DNA of 64,000 nt from Actinomycetes bacterium (GTDB lineage: Bacteria > Actinomycetota > Acidimicrobiia > Acidimicrobiales > JABEUL01), in contig JAJZNL010000012.1 of assembly GCA_021852345.1 (NCBI GenBank), forward strand, positions 286 through 64,285, read 5' to 3'. Positions within the stretch are counted from its first letter, which is position 1. Each line of letters begins with the position of its first letter. Both the position numbers and the translations under genes were made by a program. This document shows, piece by piece, positions 10,682 to 22,133 of this stretch. The notes under the pieces are model-generated. The model did not search any database. It was not told the DNA's origin and saw only the letters and a program-made list of their open reading frames with translations.

Positions 10682-11668
10682 TCATTGGCTTTTGGCTTCG
10701 CGAAGTTGTTCGGCTGCAGACTCCGGAGAAACAATATTTATCATAACACCAGTGCCCAATTCAAATCCTGCTCGAGTTGTAAGTTTTGGAATTAAGTGGA
10801 TATGCCAATGATATGTACCCGATGCTCGATATGGTGCCGAATGAAAAACAAGGTTGTAACTTACGTCTCCTAGGAGATTAATAAGTCTTAAAATCGCATC
10901 TTTAATGCTGAGGCCAATTTCATAAAGCGAAACCTGATTTGATTTATGCATGTGTTGGCCGTGTTTTTTGGGGATAATTAGCATTTCGTAAGGATGCCCT
11001 GCCCAGTAAGGGCTTATTACCGCAGAATACTCATTGGAACTAACTATCCTGTGCTTGGCTCGATTTTCGGCATCAAGTGTGGTGCAAAGAAGGCAACCCC
11101 CGGCGAATCTGGCAAAACCAGCTTGTTCGTCAGCCAACTCCCTGGGAACAAAAGGGATGCCGAGCAGTTGTGCATGAGGGTGCTCGATAGAGGCACCCGC
11201 TTCTCTTCCGTGATTGATAATTGCTTGTGTATATCTGAGTCCTGGAGTAGTACAGTGCTCTTCGGTCCTGTCTCTTATGGCTGACATAACAAGTGAGCAC
11301 TGTTCGTCAGATATCTGACCGAAATCTTCTGCGTGACTTGGGGATAGTATCAATACTTCGTGAATTCCACTCGAAGGTGCTTCTGTAAAGACAGGGCCCA
11401 AATGGCTTACTATGAAAGGTTCGTCTCCGTCGAAGGCCGGATAAAGGTTGGGAAGCACTCTAATTAACCATTTCCCGTTGGCACCGTAAGTTTCAAGAGC
11501 CGCGGGCGTCTCTTCTTCGTTGCCCGGACAGAATGGGCATGTAGCCGAATCAGAATTCGTAATTTTCATTCGCGGGGTAAAGGCGGTCGGCCTGTTTGCC
11601 CGACTAGTGCTTACGGCAATCCATCTGCCGGTGAGGGGGTCAAGCCTGAGTTGGTTGGATGTTGTCAT
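10682..11668 (-). CDS. galT: Galactose-1-phosphate uridylyltransferase family (HIT superfamily)
   Basis: LRLDPLTGRW, CPFCPGNE, GASIEHPHAQ, HWHIHL, AGFELGTG. Confidence 0.85.
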   Translation of the reverse strand: MTTSNQLRLDPLTGRWIAVSTSRANRPTAFTPRMKITNSDSATCPFCPGNEEETPAALETYGANGKWLIRVLPNLYPAFDGDEPFIVSHLGPVFTEAPSSGIHEVLILSPSHAEDFGQISDEQCSLVMSAIRDRTEEHCTTPGLRYTQAIINHGREAGASIEHPHAQLLGIPFVPRELADEQAGFARFAGGCLLCTTLDAENRAKHRIVSSNEYSAVISPYWAGHPYEMLIIPKKHGQHMHKSNQVSLYEIGLSIKDAILRLINLLGDVSYNLVFHSAPYRASGTYHWHIHLIPKLTTRAGFELGTGVMINIVSPESAAEQLREAKSQ

Positions 11669-11840
11669 TTGGCCGCGTTTTTCATTTTAAAAATCTTTAT
11701 ATTTAATTTTTATACTATATTGAGCATTTAATAGTGCTTTTAATAAAAATTCTGTTTCTCTTACATATTTTAGCTTTAAATATTGGGATTCGATAACTTG
11801 AAAAATATTCGTAAAGGTCCGTTGTGAGAATAGACAGTAT

Positions 11841-11897
11841 TATTAAAGGTTTTTCGTTTTGATCCTTTTTATTAAAGGTTTTTCGTTTTGATCCTTT
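11841..11897. repeat. Tandem duplication, 29-bp period (tattaaaggtttttcgttttgatccttt x2)
   Basis: Copies start at 11841 and 11870. Confidence 0.85.
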
Positions 11898-12204
11898 GCG
11901 GATCTTTAAAATGCCGCAGTTGCCATATTTTCAAGCGTGGCAGAGTGGGATTGCCTGATTAAAGAATAAAGTTAATGTTTTACGGGTGTGGTAAAAATCC
12001 CGATGACATGTAATACCGTGGTTCGGTTAATATGAATTAAAACGTTATAGGATTTCGAATCTTTTACGATTTTTAACGCTTTGTTCGAACGACAATTTTG
12101 GCCAATTGCATAATTTGGTTGGTTATCGTTGCTGTTGTCGTTGTGCCACTGGAGTGTTAATCGGTTGCCAATCGAGAGTTAAATAAAGAGCTGTTGTAAT
12201 TTCA

Positions 12205-12774
12205 ATGAAAAATGACTTAAGAGACATACTTCTACTGATCCACGTAACATCTGCAATTATTTCGCTTACATTTCCGATAGTAATGGCCGTTAGCTCATGC
12301 AGACTGTATTTTGAATTAAAAAAAATCGGTTTAAGTTTAAGCAGCTTTAATTTTTTTAAGTCTAAATCTAAATATCTGAGCAGAGTCACGTATTTGCTGC
12401 CAATTACCGGGGTTGTGATAGTTGTGCTGTCAAATTTTAAATCCTCTTTTTTTTGGGTCTATATCGGTGCTTTGTGCTGGATTATTAATGTATTGTTAAT
12501 AGAGATTGGGGTTCTTAGGCCATGGAACAAAGTGTGTCTAAACTTAAATTCGCTTTCAACTCAAATGTTCCAAGTTGGTAAGTCAAGCGAATCTTTTGAA
12601 GATGAAGTAAAACTTCAAAATACGTCGGGAGCTTTGGCGACCTTAGACTTTAAATTGAATGATGAAAATCGATTCTTAAATCTTGTTCGAAATGTTAAAT
12701 CAATGATCATATGCTCATCGGTGGCATTTGTAGTTTTGTTTGCGGCTCTTTATGTGATGATAAGGCAACCGTAA
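12205..12774 (+). CDS. Hypothetical integral membrane protein (about 4 TM helices)
   Basis: Four hydrophobic segments; LLLIHV near the N-terminus and VMIRQP at the C-terminus resemble DUF2269-type membrane proteins. Confidence 0.55.
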   Translation: MKNDLRDILLLIHVTSAIISLTFPIVMAVSSCRLYFELKKIGLSLSSFNFFKSKSKYLSRVTYLLPITGVVIVVLSNFKSSFFWVYIGALCWIINVLLIEIGVLRPWNKVCLNLNSLSTQMFQVGKSSESFEDEVKLQNTSGALATLDFKLNDENRFLNLVRNVKSMIICSSVAFVVLFAALYVMIRQP

Positions 12775-12871
12775 ATATATAAGGATTTAAAATGCAATGG
12801 GTATTGCAGTACATACCAGATTTTTTTTAAATCCTTAACGTTGGAGTGAATAGAGTCGGTAAAAATTGTAT

Positions 12872-12877
12872 TATAAT
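12872..12877 (+). promoter_or_regulatory. Probable -10 box (TATAAT) for the riboswitch-thrC-like transcript
   Basis: TATAAT about 11 nt upstream of the P1 5' strand. Confidence 0.55.
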
Positions 12878-12888
12878 CTATTATGGAA

Positions 12889-13081
12889 CCGCATCCAGAG
12901 CGGCTGAGGGACCGGGCCCTTTGAAGCCGCGGCAACCAGTGAAACTGATGCAGATTTAAAAATAGATATAACAGGTAATTTTAAGAAACTCAAGGCTTAT
13001 GTTTTGGTTTTAATTTAAAATTATCGGGTTAATTTGAATCTGACAATAAGACATGGTGCCAATGCCCGAGCGATGAGGAGG
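12889..13081 (+). ncRNA. SAM-I (S-box)-type riboswitch with expanded P3 and no P4; translational (P1 sequesters the SD)
   Basis: CATCCAGAG-CGGCT-GAGGGACCGGGCCCTTTGA-AGCCG-CGGCAACC...GGTGCCAA...GATGAGG matches the SAM-I core; the P1 3' strand overlaps GAGGAGG before the TTG at 13087. Confidence 0.85.
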
Positions 13082-13086
13082 ATTGT

Positions 13087-14319
13087 TTGTCTGACAAAAT
13101 AGAGCTCGTATGTAAAGAATGCTCTCGACATTATGCACCAGAAGCCCTTCACGTATGTGAATACTGCTTCGGGCCGTTGGAAGTGCAATACGATTATGAG
13201 CAAATTAAATCAACTATTAATATTGAAGAGATAAAGCGCGGGCCAGCCACTATGTGGCGATATTCAAAACTACTGCCGGTAGAAGATGCTGCCCCCGTTG
13301 ACTTAGGGGCCGGTTTTACCCCATTGGTGAGGGCGGATCGATTGGGTGCTTTGTTGGGGATTTCAAACCTGTTTATAAAAGACGACACGAGAAACCCAAC
13401 TGGGTCTTTTAAAGATCGGGTTGTTTCTGTATCGCTTACCAAGGCCAGACAGCTTGGTTTTAAGGTTGCTGCCTGTGCATCGACGGGAAATTTGGCAAAT
13501 TCGGTAGCGGCTCATGCAGCCAGGGCGGGTATGGAAGCGTATATTTTTATACCTTACAATTTGGAGAAGGCTAAGATTGTCACGACAGCCGTTTACGGAT
13601 CAAATCTCATAGCCGTAAAAGGCAACTATGACGACGTCAATCGGCTTTGTGCAGAACTTACGTCAGAAGTTCCAGATTGGGCGTTTGTTAATGTAAATGT
13701 CCGACCATATTATGCCGAAGGGTCCAAGACCTTAGCTTTTGAAGTTAGCGAACAGTTGGGATTTGAACTTCCAGATCATGTTGTCGTGCCGATTGCATCG
13801 GGTTCCCAACTTACGAAAGTTCATAAAGGATTTGAAGAACTTAAATCAGTCGGGTTGGTAGATACGGTTAAAACGGTTCGAATATCCGGTGCACAGGCAG
13901 AAGGATGTTCACCGGTAGCTACCGCATTTAAATCCAACGCTGACTTTGTGCAGCCAGTCAAACCGGATACAATCGCTAAGTCTCTGGCTATTGGGAATCC
14001 AGCCGACGGTTTTTACGCTATGGAAACTGTAAGAAAAACAGGTGGAGCAATAGAATCTGCCACAGATGCAGAAATTATCGATGGAATTAAGCTTTTGGCT
14101 AAAACGGAAGGAATATTTACCGAAACCGCTGGAGGGGTAACAATCGCCAACTTGGTAAAGCTAGTTGAATCTGGGGTAATCCAAAAAGATGAAACAGTCG
14201 TTGCGCTTATTACTGGACATGGCCTTAAAACTGTTGAAGCCCTGGAATCGTCAGTGGGACCCACCATGACGATCGAGCCAAAATTAAGCTCTTTTTTAGA
14301 AGAGTATAGTCTCACATAG
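13087..14319 (+). CDS. thrC: Threonine synthase-like PLP enzyme (likely sulfur-carrier-dependent O-phosphohomoserine sulfhydrylase)
   Basis: N-terminal CxxC...CxxC, NPTGSFKDR PLP lysine, CASTGNLANS, YAEGSKT; SAM riboswitch upstream and sulfur carrier downstream. Confidence 0.85.
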   Translation: MSDKIELVCKECSRHYAPEALHVCEYCFGPLEVQYDYEQIKSTINIEEIKRGPATMWRYSKLLPVEDAAPVDLGAGFTPLVRADRLGALLGISNLFIKDDTRNPTGSFKDRVVSVSLTKARQLGFKVAACASTGNLANSVAAHAARAGMEAYIFIPYNLEKAKIVTTAVYGSNLIAVKGNYDDVNRLCAELTSEVPDWAFVNVNVRPYYAEGSKTLAFEVSEQLGFELPDHVVVPIASGSQLTKVHKGFEELKSVGLVDTVKTVRISGAQAEGCSPVATAFKSNADFVQPVKPDTIAKSLAIGNPADGFYAMETVRKTGGAIESATDAEIIDGIKLLAKTEGIFTETAGGVTIANLVKLVESGVIQKDETVVALITGHGLKTVEALESSVGPTMTIEPKLSSFLEEYSLT

Positions 14320-14346
14320 TACTAAGGGAAATGATTAGGAGTAGAA

Positions 14347-14622
14347 ATGACAATAAAAGTTAGAATCCCGGCTCAGCTGAGGTCTGTCACCGGCGGAGTC
14401 GGAGAGATTGAGGCCGAAGGTGCTACCGTAGGTCAGGTTTTAAAAGAAGTAGATACGCTCAATCCGGGTTTTGGCGAAAGAGTTTTCGACGAAGACGGAA
14501 AACTTAGGAGGTTCGTAAATATATTTTTAGCCGACGAAGATGTGAGATTTATGGACGGTTTAGAAACCGAGGTTAAAGACGGTCAGGTTATATCGGTTGT
14601 TCCTGCTGTAGCTGGAGGGTAG
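14347..14622 (+). CDS. MoaD/ThiS/CysO-family ubiquitin-like sulfur carrier
   Basis: VRIPAQLR, LRRFVNIF, C-terminal VPAVAGG. Confidence 0.92.
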   Translation: MTIKVRIPAQLRSVTGGVGEIEAEGATVGQVLKEVDTLNPGFGERVFDEDGKLRRFVNIFLADEDVRFMDGLETEVKDGQVISVVPAVAGG

Positions 14623-14988
14623 CTCTTAGGGTTGAAAATTTACGCGGGAAGGACAAGCTGCTTGATCGTATAAGTCGACAGGATTTGAACTGACTGTAAA
14701 ATTGATTTTGTATGAATTGGATTGGGTAACAGGAATATAAATTTTAATATAACCGATCTACGATAGCCTTATCTAAGTTTGATAATGCATGTTGACTATC
14801 CGGTTTTAAATAAAGTTGAAAGAATAAATTTGCCTGTCGCTATATATCTCGTAAAAACGCATCATAAAATTAGTTTATGTTCTTCATCATGCAGTTGACA
14901 TGCAATGTTCTATTAGCACGATTTAAGAACTCTTTCTAAATTTGCGAATGAAAAATTATTTTATATTAGTAAAAATGATAGTGTCGAC

Positions 14989-15855
14989 GTGATTTTTGTA
15001 AATACATTTCCAAAAAGAAGATCGTGGCAGATCACGGCAATTAAACTGTTTTCTGTCGGGCTGCTTTTGTGTATGTCCTTTATCGGGCTTGCTTTGACGC
15101 CGGCTTACGGCTTAACTTTAAATCAGCCTGTTTTGTCAGTAATGATAGTACCGAGACTATCAAATGGCTACCTTCCTGTTGCAGTTTCTTCTTTAAACTC
15201 CTCAATAAGTTCAGGAAGCCTGTTCCCAATTCCCAACTTTATAGATTTGCCGGGTAATTTGAATTCGGTACCGGCTAATTTAGACGCATATATAAGAACC
15301 TTTACCCCCAACGGTAATCTGCCACAAACCCTCGATAGAACCAATTTATTTGTTATCGAAGGCGTTTACACATCTGACCAACCTACGTTAGGCGGGTTGG
15401 ATGAAAAGTTCACGGACTACATTAAAGGTTTCAAAGGATCAAATATGGTAGCTTCTGGTCAAAGGACAGACGGTCAATGTGTGTCATGTGTCTTTTCAGT
15501 CAACTATAAAATTGATACTTCGTCGGGTACGATACCGGTTTATTCATTCGTTTCCGATTTTTACATAAACGGAGTTTTTTATCTTGTTGCCAGCGAGTCG
15601 AGTTCGAATTCGATTAGTCTTGTCGACTTTAGCAAAGAAGTCTTGGCGCAGAAAAACTATGCCGTTAATTCGGGACTGCCAAAGGTTTCTGTTACGGTTC
15701 AGTCATCTGTTGCTACAAGTAAAGCCGTTGAGATTATTGTATTGATTGCATTGATTGCCTTAGTTATGGGGTATTTTTGGTACAGAGCTGCATCTAAGAG
15801 ATCGGCGGTGGTTTCTCGTCAAATGGCATACAGATTTCAATCCGATAAGAACTAA
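14989..15855 (+). CDS. Hypothetical exported protein with C-terminal membrane anchor
   Basis: N-terminal hydrophobic signal ending LTPAYG; C-terminal TM helix followed by a basic tail. Confidence 0.6.
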   Translation: MIFVNTFPKRRSWQITAIKLFSVGLLLCMSFIGLALTPAYGLTLNQPVLSVMIVPRLSNGYLPVAVSSLNSSISSGSLFPIPNFIDLPGNLNSVPANLDAYIRTFTPNGNLPQTLDRTNLFVIEGVYTSDQPTLGGLDEKFTDYIKGFKGSNMVASGQRTDGQCVSCVFSVNYKIDTSSGTIPVYSFVSDFYINGVFYLVASESSSNSISLVDFSKEVLAQKNYAVNSGLPKVSVTVQSSVATSKAVEIIVLIALIALVMGYFWYRAASKRSAVVSRQMAYRFQSDKN

Positions 15856-15914
15856 ATCTTTTTCATTATTTTTTCAAAATGTATTGAAGCCAAGTTTTTC
15901 AAAATATAATACAT

Positions 15915-15941
15915 TTAGCACTCTAATATTGAGAGTGCTAA
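15915..15941 (+). promoter_or_regulatory. CIRCE element (HrcA operator) upstream of groEL
   Basis: Perfect TTAGCACTC-N9-GAGTGCTAA. Confidence 0.96.
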
Positions 15942-15985
15942 ATTATGCTATGATCGGTTAGTACATGAAATTAAAGGTAATTTAA

Positions 15986-17626
<1,641 letters not shown>

Positions 17627-17655
17627 ACCAACTGCTTAACCTAAATAAGTTTTTC

Positions 17656-17703
17656 AAGTTATGGGCGTCCCAGAAAAATTAGCCTAGGACGCCTTTAACT
17701 TTT
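17656..17703 (+). terminator. Possible intrinsic terminator after groEL
   Basis: aagtta..ggcgtcc / ggacgcc..taactt stem followed by a T run. Confidence 0.55.
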
Positions 17704-17769
17704 AGAAGTTGTATTTGGAGAAAAAACATGTTGTGTTTTGTTCGCACCTTTTAGCCTAGACTTTTAGTT

Positions 17770-18471
17770 GTGTTTAAAATAATGAGTCCGGATCCCGGAT
17801 TGATGGTCGTTCATCTTGGCGTAAAACAGACCGGAGTTTTTGAATCTGACAGCCTGCGTAAGATTTGCGATGATTTTTGTTCAAATAACGGACAGATTGT
17901 CTATGTATCGACGGTCGGCTCGGTTTCGCAAGCAGTTTTTATGTTACTGTCAAAAGATGTTGTGGCATTAAAAATTTTCCAGTCAGGTCTCAATAGATGT
18001 GGCTTTGACTTGACTTTAACATACGTATCAATCACCGAGGTCAGTGAATATGCTCAAGGCATGCCGCAACCTATGAAAGATTTAAGACTTTATCCAAGTT
18101 TGCCTCCCGAAGGTTTTACAAGCTGGTGCTTTTACCCTATGTCGAAACGACGATCTGGCTCACATAATTGGTATCTATTGGATTACGAGGCGAGAGACCT
18201 GCTCATGAGAGCTCACGGCGCCGTAGGTAGAAAATTTGCTGGCAGGGTCGTTCAGCTTGTTACAGGATCTACCGGTGTCGATAATTACGAATGGGGAGTC
18301 ACGTTATTTGCCAAAGCGCCGACCGATTTAAAAGAAGTCGTTTATACAATGCGTTATGATGAAGCGTCTGCAAAGTATGCTGATTTTGGTGATTTTATAT
18401 TTGGATTTGTTGTAGAAGATTTAGAGGAACTAACTAGGTTAAACCGTTGGAATGAATGCACTCCTAAATAA
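17770..18471 (+). CDS. hemQ: Coproheme decarboxylase (ChdC/HemQ), chlorite dismutase family
   Basis: CFYPMSKRR..NWY, MRAHG (proximal His), GSTGVDNYEWGVTLFA, MRYDEASAKYADFG. Confidence 0.8.
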   Translation: MFKIMSPDPGLMVVHLGVKQTGVFESDSLRKICDDFCSNNGQIVYVSTVGSVSQAVFMLLSKDVVALKIFQSGLNRCGFDLTLTYVSITEVSEYAQGMPQPMKDLRLYPSLPPEGFTSWCFYPMSKRRSGSHNWYLLDYEARDLLMRAHGAVGRKFAGRVVQLVTGSTGVDNYEWGVTLFAKAPTDLKEVVYTMRYDEASAKYADFGDFIFGFVVEDLEELTRLNRWNECTPK

Positions 18472-19237
18472 AGAGAAAGATTTGCTTGCACTCCTGAAAA
18501 AAGCCTCTCCGCTGGTGGTTGGCTTCAGCGGCGGCGTTGATTCGGCTCTATTGGTTCAAGCGGCAGTTGAAGCTGTAGGCAACGACAATGTGGTTGCCGT
18601 TACGGCTAACTCAGCTTCGCTGGCTACTAGTGAATTTGAAAAATGCAAGGAACTTGCGATTTCACAGGGCTGGAATTGGATGGAAGTTGAAACCGATGAA
18701 ATTAAAAATCCGGAATATGTTAAAAATGATATTGATCGGTGTGCCCACTGCAAAACTTCGCTTTTTGATGCACTGCAGCCTATCGCTCAACAGTCGGGAT
18801 CCAGCATCGCTTTGGGTATACATCTGGATGATTTGAACGATTTTAGACCGGGGCAGAAGACCGCTAAAGACAGAGGAGGAATATTTCCGCTAGTGGAGGC
18901 AGGTTTTACAAAACATGACGTAAGAGAATTGGCAAAAAAATTCAATTTGCCGGTTTGGTCAAAGCCTGCGATGGCTTGTTTGTCTTCTAGGATTCCTAAA
19001 GGTACATCTGTAACCGTGGGACGGCTAAAGCAAGTTGAATCGGCAGAATTGCTATTAGATAATTTTGGATTTATTGACTTCAGAGTACGGTATCGTCATG
19101 AAATTGGACAGTTGGAGCTTCGAAAACAGGATTTTAAGAGAATCGTACTCGAACCTGAATTGAGGACCGGAATTAAAAATAAATTTGCCGAAATAGGTTT
19201 TAAAAAGGTAACAATAGATATTTCCAAATTTAGGTAG
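18452..19237 (+). CDS. larE: LarE-family ATP-dependent sulfur transferase (PP-loop, CxxC...C type)
   Basis: FSGGVDS, RCAHCK, DFRPG, KPAMACLSSRIP. Confidence 0.88.
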   Translation: MNALLNKEKDLLALLKKASPLVVGFSGGVDSALLVQAAVEAVGNDNVVAVTANSASLATSEFEKCKELAISQGWNWMEVETDEIKNPEYVKNDIDRCAHCKTSLFDALQPIAQQSGSSIALGIHLDDLNDFRPGQKTAKDRGGIFPLVEAGFTKHDVRELAKKFNLPVWSKPAMACLSSRIPKGTSVTVGRLKQVESAELLLDNFGFIDFRVRYRHEIGQLELRKQDFKRIVLEPELRTGIKNKFAEIGFKKVTIDISKFR

Positions 19238-19532
19238 ATCGGATATATCTATTGCTGGTGCAATCGATATCGATTCTGATATTTGGGTAATAAGGATTCG
19301 TTCGCTGCCTAGTCAAGTTTTGCATAGCGAAATCAGTTTAAAATATAGCTGGAAGATATCTTGAACAGCAAAAAACTATATCGGAACCGATCGTTAGTTT
19401 TGATCTATATCTAAGGGATTAAAAATAGTAATTGGAGCTATACGGGCCGAATGAATACTTAGGTATTGAAGCAAATTCATCGTAAGTAAGTTAGATTTAA
19501 TAAAATTTTGATAAAATTACAGTGTTGGGAGA

Positions 19533-19772
19533 TTGAAATTGGTAAAGTTACGAGTTAAGTTGGAATACCCTGAAAGTTTGGTTACTCAACCAATCGTCGC
19601 TCAGCTAGTTACGCTATTTAGTGTTACTCCTAACATTAGGGGTGCACATGTGAGCAATACTTCAGGTTGGGTGATATGTGAGATTGACGGGGAAGCTGAA
19701 AATGTAGATTCAGCAGTGAATTGGCTCGAGAATAACGGTATTACCGTTTCGGTTTTGGGCAGCGAAATTTAA
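19533..19772 (+). CDS. Stand-alone NIL-domain protein
   Basis: L..P...V.QPI...LV..F.V.PNI.GA.V....GW.I.EIDG....V..A..WL...GI.V pattern typical of NIL domains. Confidence 0.72.
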   Translation: MKLVKLRVKLEYPESLVTQPIVAQLVTLFSVTPNIRGAHVSNTSGWVICEIDGEAENVDSAVNWLENNGITVSVLGSEI

Positions 19773-19799
19773 TTTTAGTTCTTGTCTGATATAAATATT

Positions 19800-19994
19800 T
19801 TAATCAGCAATTTCAATCGCAAATTCCGGGCAGTTTTCACAAGCTAATCTTGCTTTTTCTTCCAGGTCGGTAGGAATGTCTGTTCCAAACCTACTATGTG
19901 AGTATCCGTAGTCATCTACTTCAAACAATTCAGGAGCAATAATATAACATCTAGAATGACCCTGACATTTTGATTCGTCCACACGTATTTTCAT
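19800..19994 (-). CDS. [3Fe-4S]-type ferredoxin (P450 partner)
   Basis: CQGHSRC...APELF...CPEFAI; directly downstream of the P450. Confidence 0.9.
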   Translation of the reverse strand: MKIRVDESKCQGHSRCYIIAPELFEVDDYGYSHSRFGTDIPTDLEEKARLACENCPEFAIEIAD

Positions 19995-20021
19995 CGTTTG
20001 TTCCTTAATGAATTTAAATCT

Positions 20022-21266
20022 TTATTTAATAAACTTTAACGGAAGTTTTCTGGGGCCTCGTACCTGTCCGCCAGCCCAAACAACATCATCGTCATTGTCA
20101 ACCATAAAATTCGGCAGGTTATCTATAAATGTACTAATAGCCATTTTTAGCTCCATTCGTGCTAGGTTTGCTCCGCCGCACCTATGGATACCCGAACCGA
20201 ATGCCACATGCCGGTTGATTTTTCGTTTCAAGTCGACGGTTTCCGGATTTTCAAAGACTTTAGGATCTCTATTGGCCGCAGGAAAATTCATAAGCACCTT
20301 TTCCCCTTGCTTCATTGGGCATCCATTAAATTCAGTATCTTTTGTAACAACTCTTGCCATCGTTACGGGGGAGTAGGCTCGTAAAATTTCTTCGACGGCT
20401 GTATCCATTATTTCGGGTTGCTGTTTAAGCATTAAAAGATCGTGCGGGTTTTTGCCCAAATGCCAAAGTGCCGATCCGATTGCCGACCAGGTGGTATCGA
20501 TTCCGGCGATTAGCAAAAGTATGGACATTCCTAAAACTATCGCGTCATTTATTTCTGGATTATTTTTCTGTTCCTGAATTAAAAAACTTATCATGTCATC
20601 TAAGTGTTGACCTTTGGATAGAAGTATTTTTCTTTCTTCAATAACTCCTATAAGGTACAGTACGATTTCCCTAATTGAATTAAATCTGTTCAGAGAGTTA
20701 TCAGCGAATTCAAGAAAATCACGTACCCAGGTAGTAAATATATCAGTCATGTCTTCTGGGACACCCAGGATATGGCTGATGACGCGTACCGGAATTTGTT
20801 GAGCGTATTCGGTTGCCCCGTCTATTGTTGTTCGCTTAGAAAATTTGTCAATTAACTTTTTGCAGATAGCCTGTGTTAAAGGTTCGTACTCACTTACCTT
20901 CTTGTGGGAAAACCATGGAAGTATAAGACGACGGGTCCAAGTGTGCAACGGAGGGTCTGCGGTTATGGGAGGTGCTCCATAACCAAGCACTTCTGGGTTA
21001 ATATTTTCGTAGCTGAAACTCTGGGATTCAATAAAGGGAATCACCAGCACCTGTGTCGAACTGAAGGTTGCAACATCATGTGCAATTTTGGTAACATCCT
21101 CATATGTAGTCGGGAGCCAATTAGACCCTCGACGGTTACTATGTGCAATGGGACATGAATTTCTTAGATGGTCCCAAATCTCAAACGGATTGTTGAGATA
21201 TGCGCCATCCAGTATGTCAAAATCATCTTCCCAATTGTTTACCGGTCCAAGCTTTGATGTTGTCAT
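20022..21266 (-). CDS. Cytochrome P450
   Basis: DPPLH, AGIDTT I-helix, EEILR, FGSGIHRCGG heme-ligating Cys. Confidence 0.96.
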   Translation of the reverse strand: MTTSKLGPVNNWEDDFDILDGAYLNNPFEIWDHLRNSCPIAHSNRRGSNWLPTTYEDVTKIAHDVATFSSTQVLVIPFIESQSFSYENINPEVLGYGAPPITADPPLHTWTRRLILPWFSHKKVSEYEPLTQAICKKLIDKFSKRTTIDGATEYAQQIPVRVISHILGVPEDMTDIFTTWVRDFLEFADNSLNRFNSIREIVLYLIGVIEERKILLSKGQHLDDMISFLIQEQKNNPEINDAIVLGMSILLLIAGIDTTWSAIGSALWHLGKNPHDLLMLKQQPEIMDTAVEEILRAYSPVTMARVVTKDTEFNGCPMKQGEKVLMNFPAANRDPKVFENPETVDLKRKINRHVAFGSGIHRCGGANLARMELKMAISTFIDNLPNFMVDNDDDVVWAGGQVRGPRKLPLKFIK

Positions 21267-21617
21267 TTAATAAATTTTAATAACATGTGTGTAAAAATTC
21301 CAAACAACAGGAATTCACTGTATATTTTGATTTGAAAATTTATCTAAACATACAGTATCCGAAATATAATTTTCGTCATCTCCCTTTAATACAATATTCA
21401 GCTAGTTAAGGTGCTTTTTTAAACTTCTTTAATCCAAATTAACCGTCTGAGACGCTTCGAATTGATAGTTGTTAAATCTTAGGGATGCGATAATGTGAGT
21501 ATTTGACACGTGATTGCCATTAAATTGTCACCTTTTAGCTATTGTGTATCTTCATTTGATGGTGCATAATATTTATCGAGGTAGAGTAAGAATTTAACCG
21601 GTTTTGAAGTAGATTCT

Positions 21618-22133
21618 ATGAATAAATTAAATTTGAGAAAGTTTAAAGGTCGATTGTGTAAACGAATTGACGACAGACTCAATGCAGAGCAATCAGATGC
21701 AGGCGTGGGGTTAATAGAGATGATTGTTGCTTTGGCAATATTGGCAATTGGTTTGGTTGGATTTATCGGAGTTTATGTTGCGGTAGGGAAAGCTACAAAA
21801 ATGGCCGCAGACAGACAGGCAGCTATAAATATTGCAGCTCAGCAGTTATCTGTAATAGAAGGTTTTGAGTCTATAAATTGGCAGTATTATAGTTCGAGTG
21901 GCGGCGGCATACCTTCGAGCGTACTTTCATATTCGGGAAATGTAGGGAGTACAAAGTTTACGGCAGCAACTACGGTAACAAACTGCACAGGATATGCTAG
22001 TGCAGCCGAACTTCAAGCAACTGTTGACGTCAGTTGGAACTACGGTTCAAGTACTTACCACTATAGTGAGTCGGTTCAGCTTACGCCATCGGCCTATAGT
22101 GTTGGTGTACCACTAAATTGTCCGTTTCCGTAG
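21618..22133 (+). CDS. Type IV minor pilin, PilV-like
   Basis: Class III signal DAG|VGLIEMIVALAIL with Glu+5; C-terminal VDVSW strand. Confidence 0.8.
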   Translation: MNKLNLRKFKGRLCKRIDDRLNAEQSDAGVGLIEMIVALAILAIGLVGFIGVYVAVGKATKMAADRQAAINIAAQQLSVIEGFESINWQYYSSSGGGIPSSVLSYSGNVGSTKFTAATTVTNCTGYASAAELQATVDVSWNYGSSTYHYSESVQLTPSAYSVGVPLNCPFP

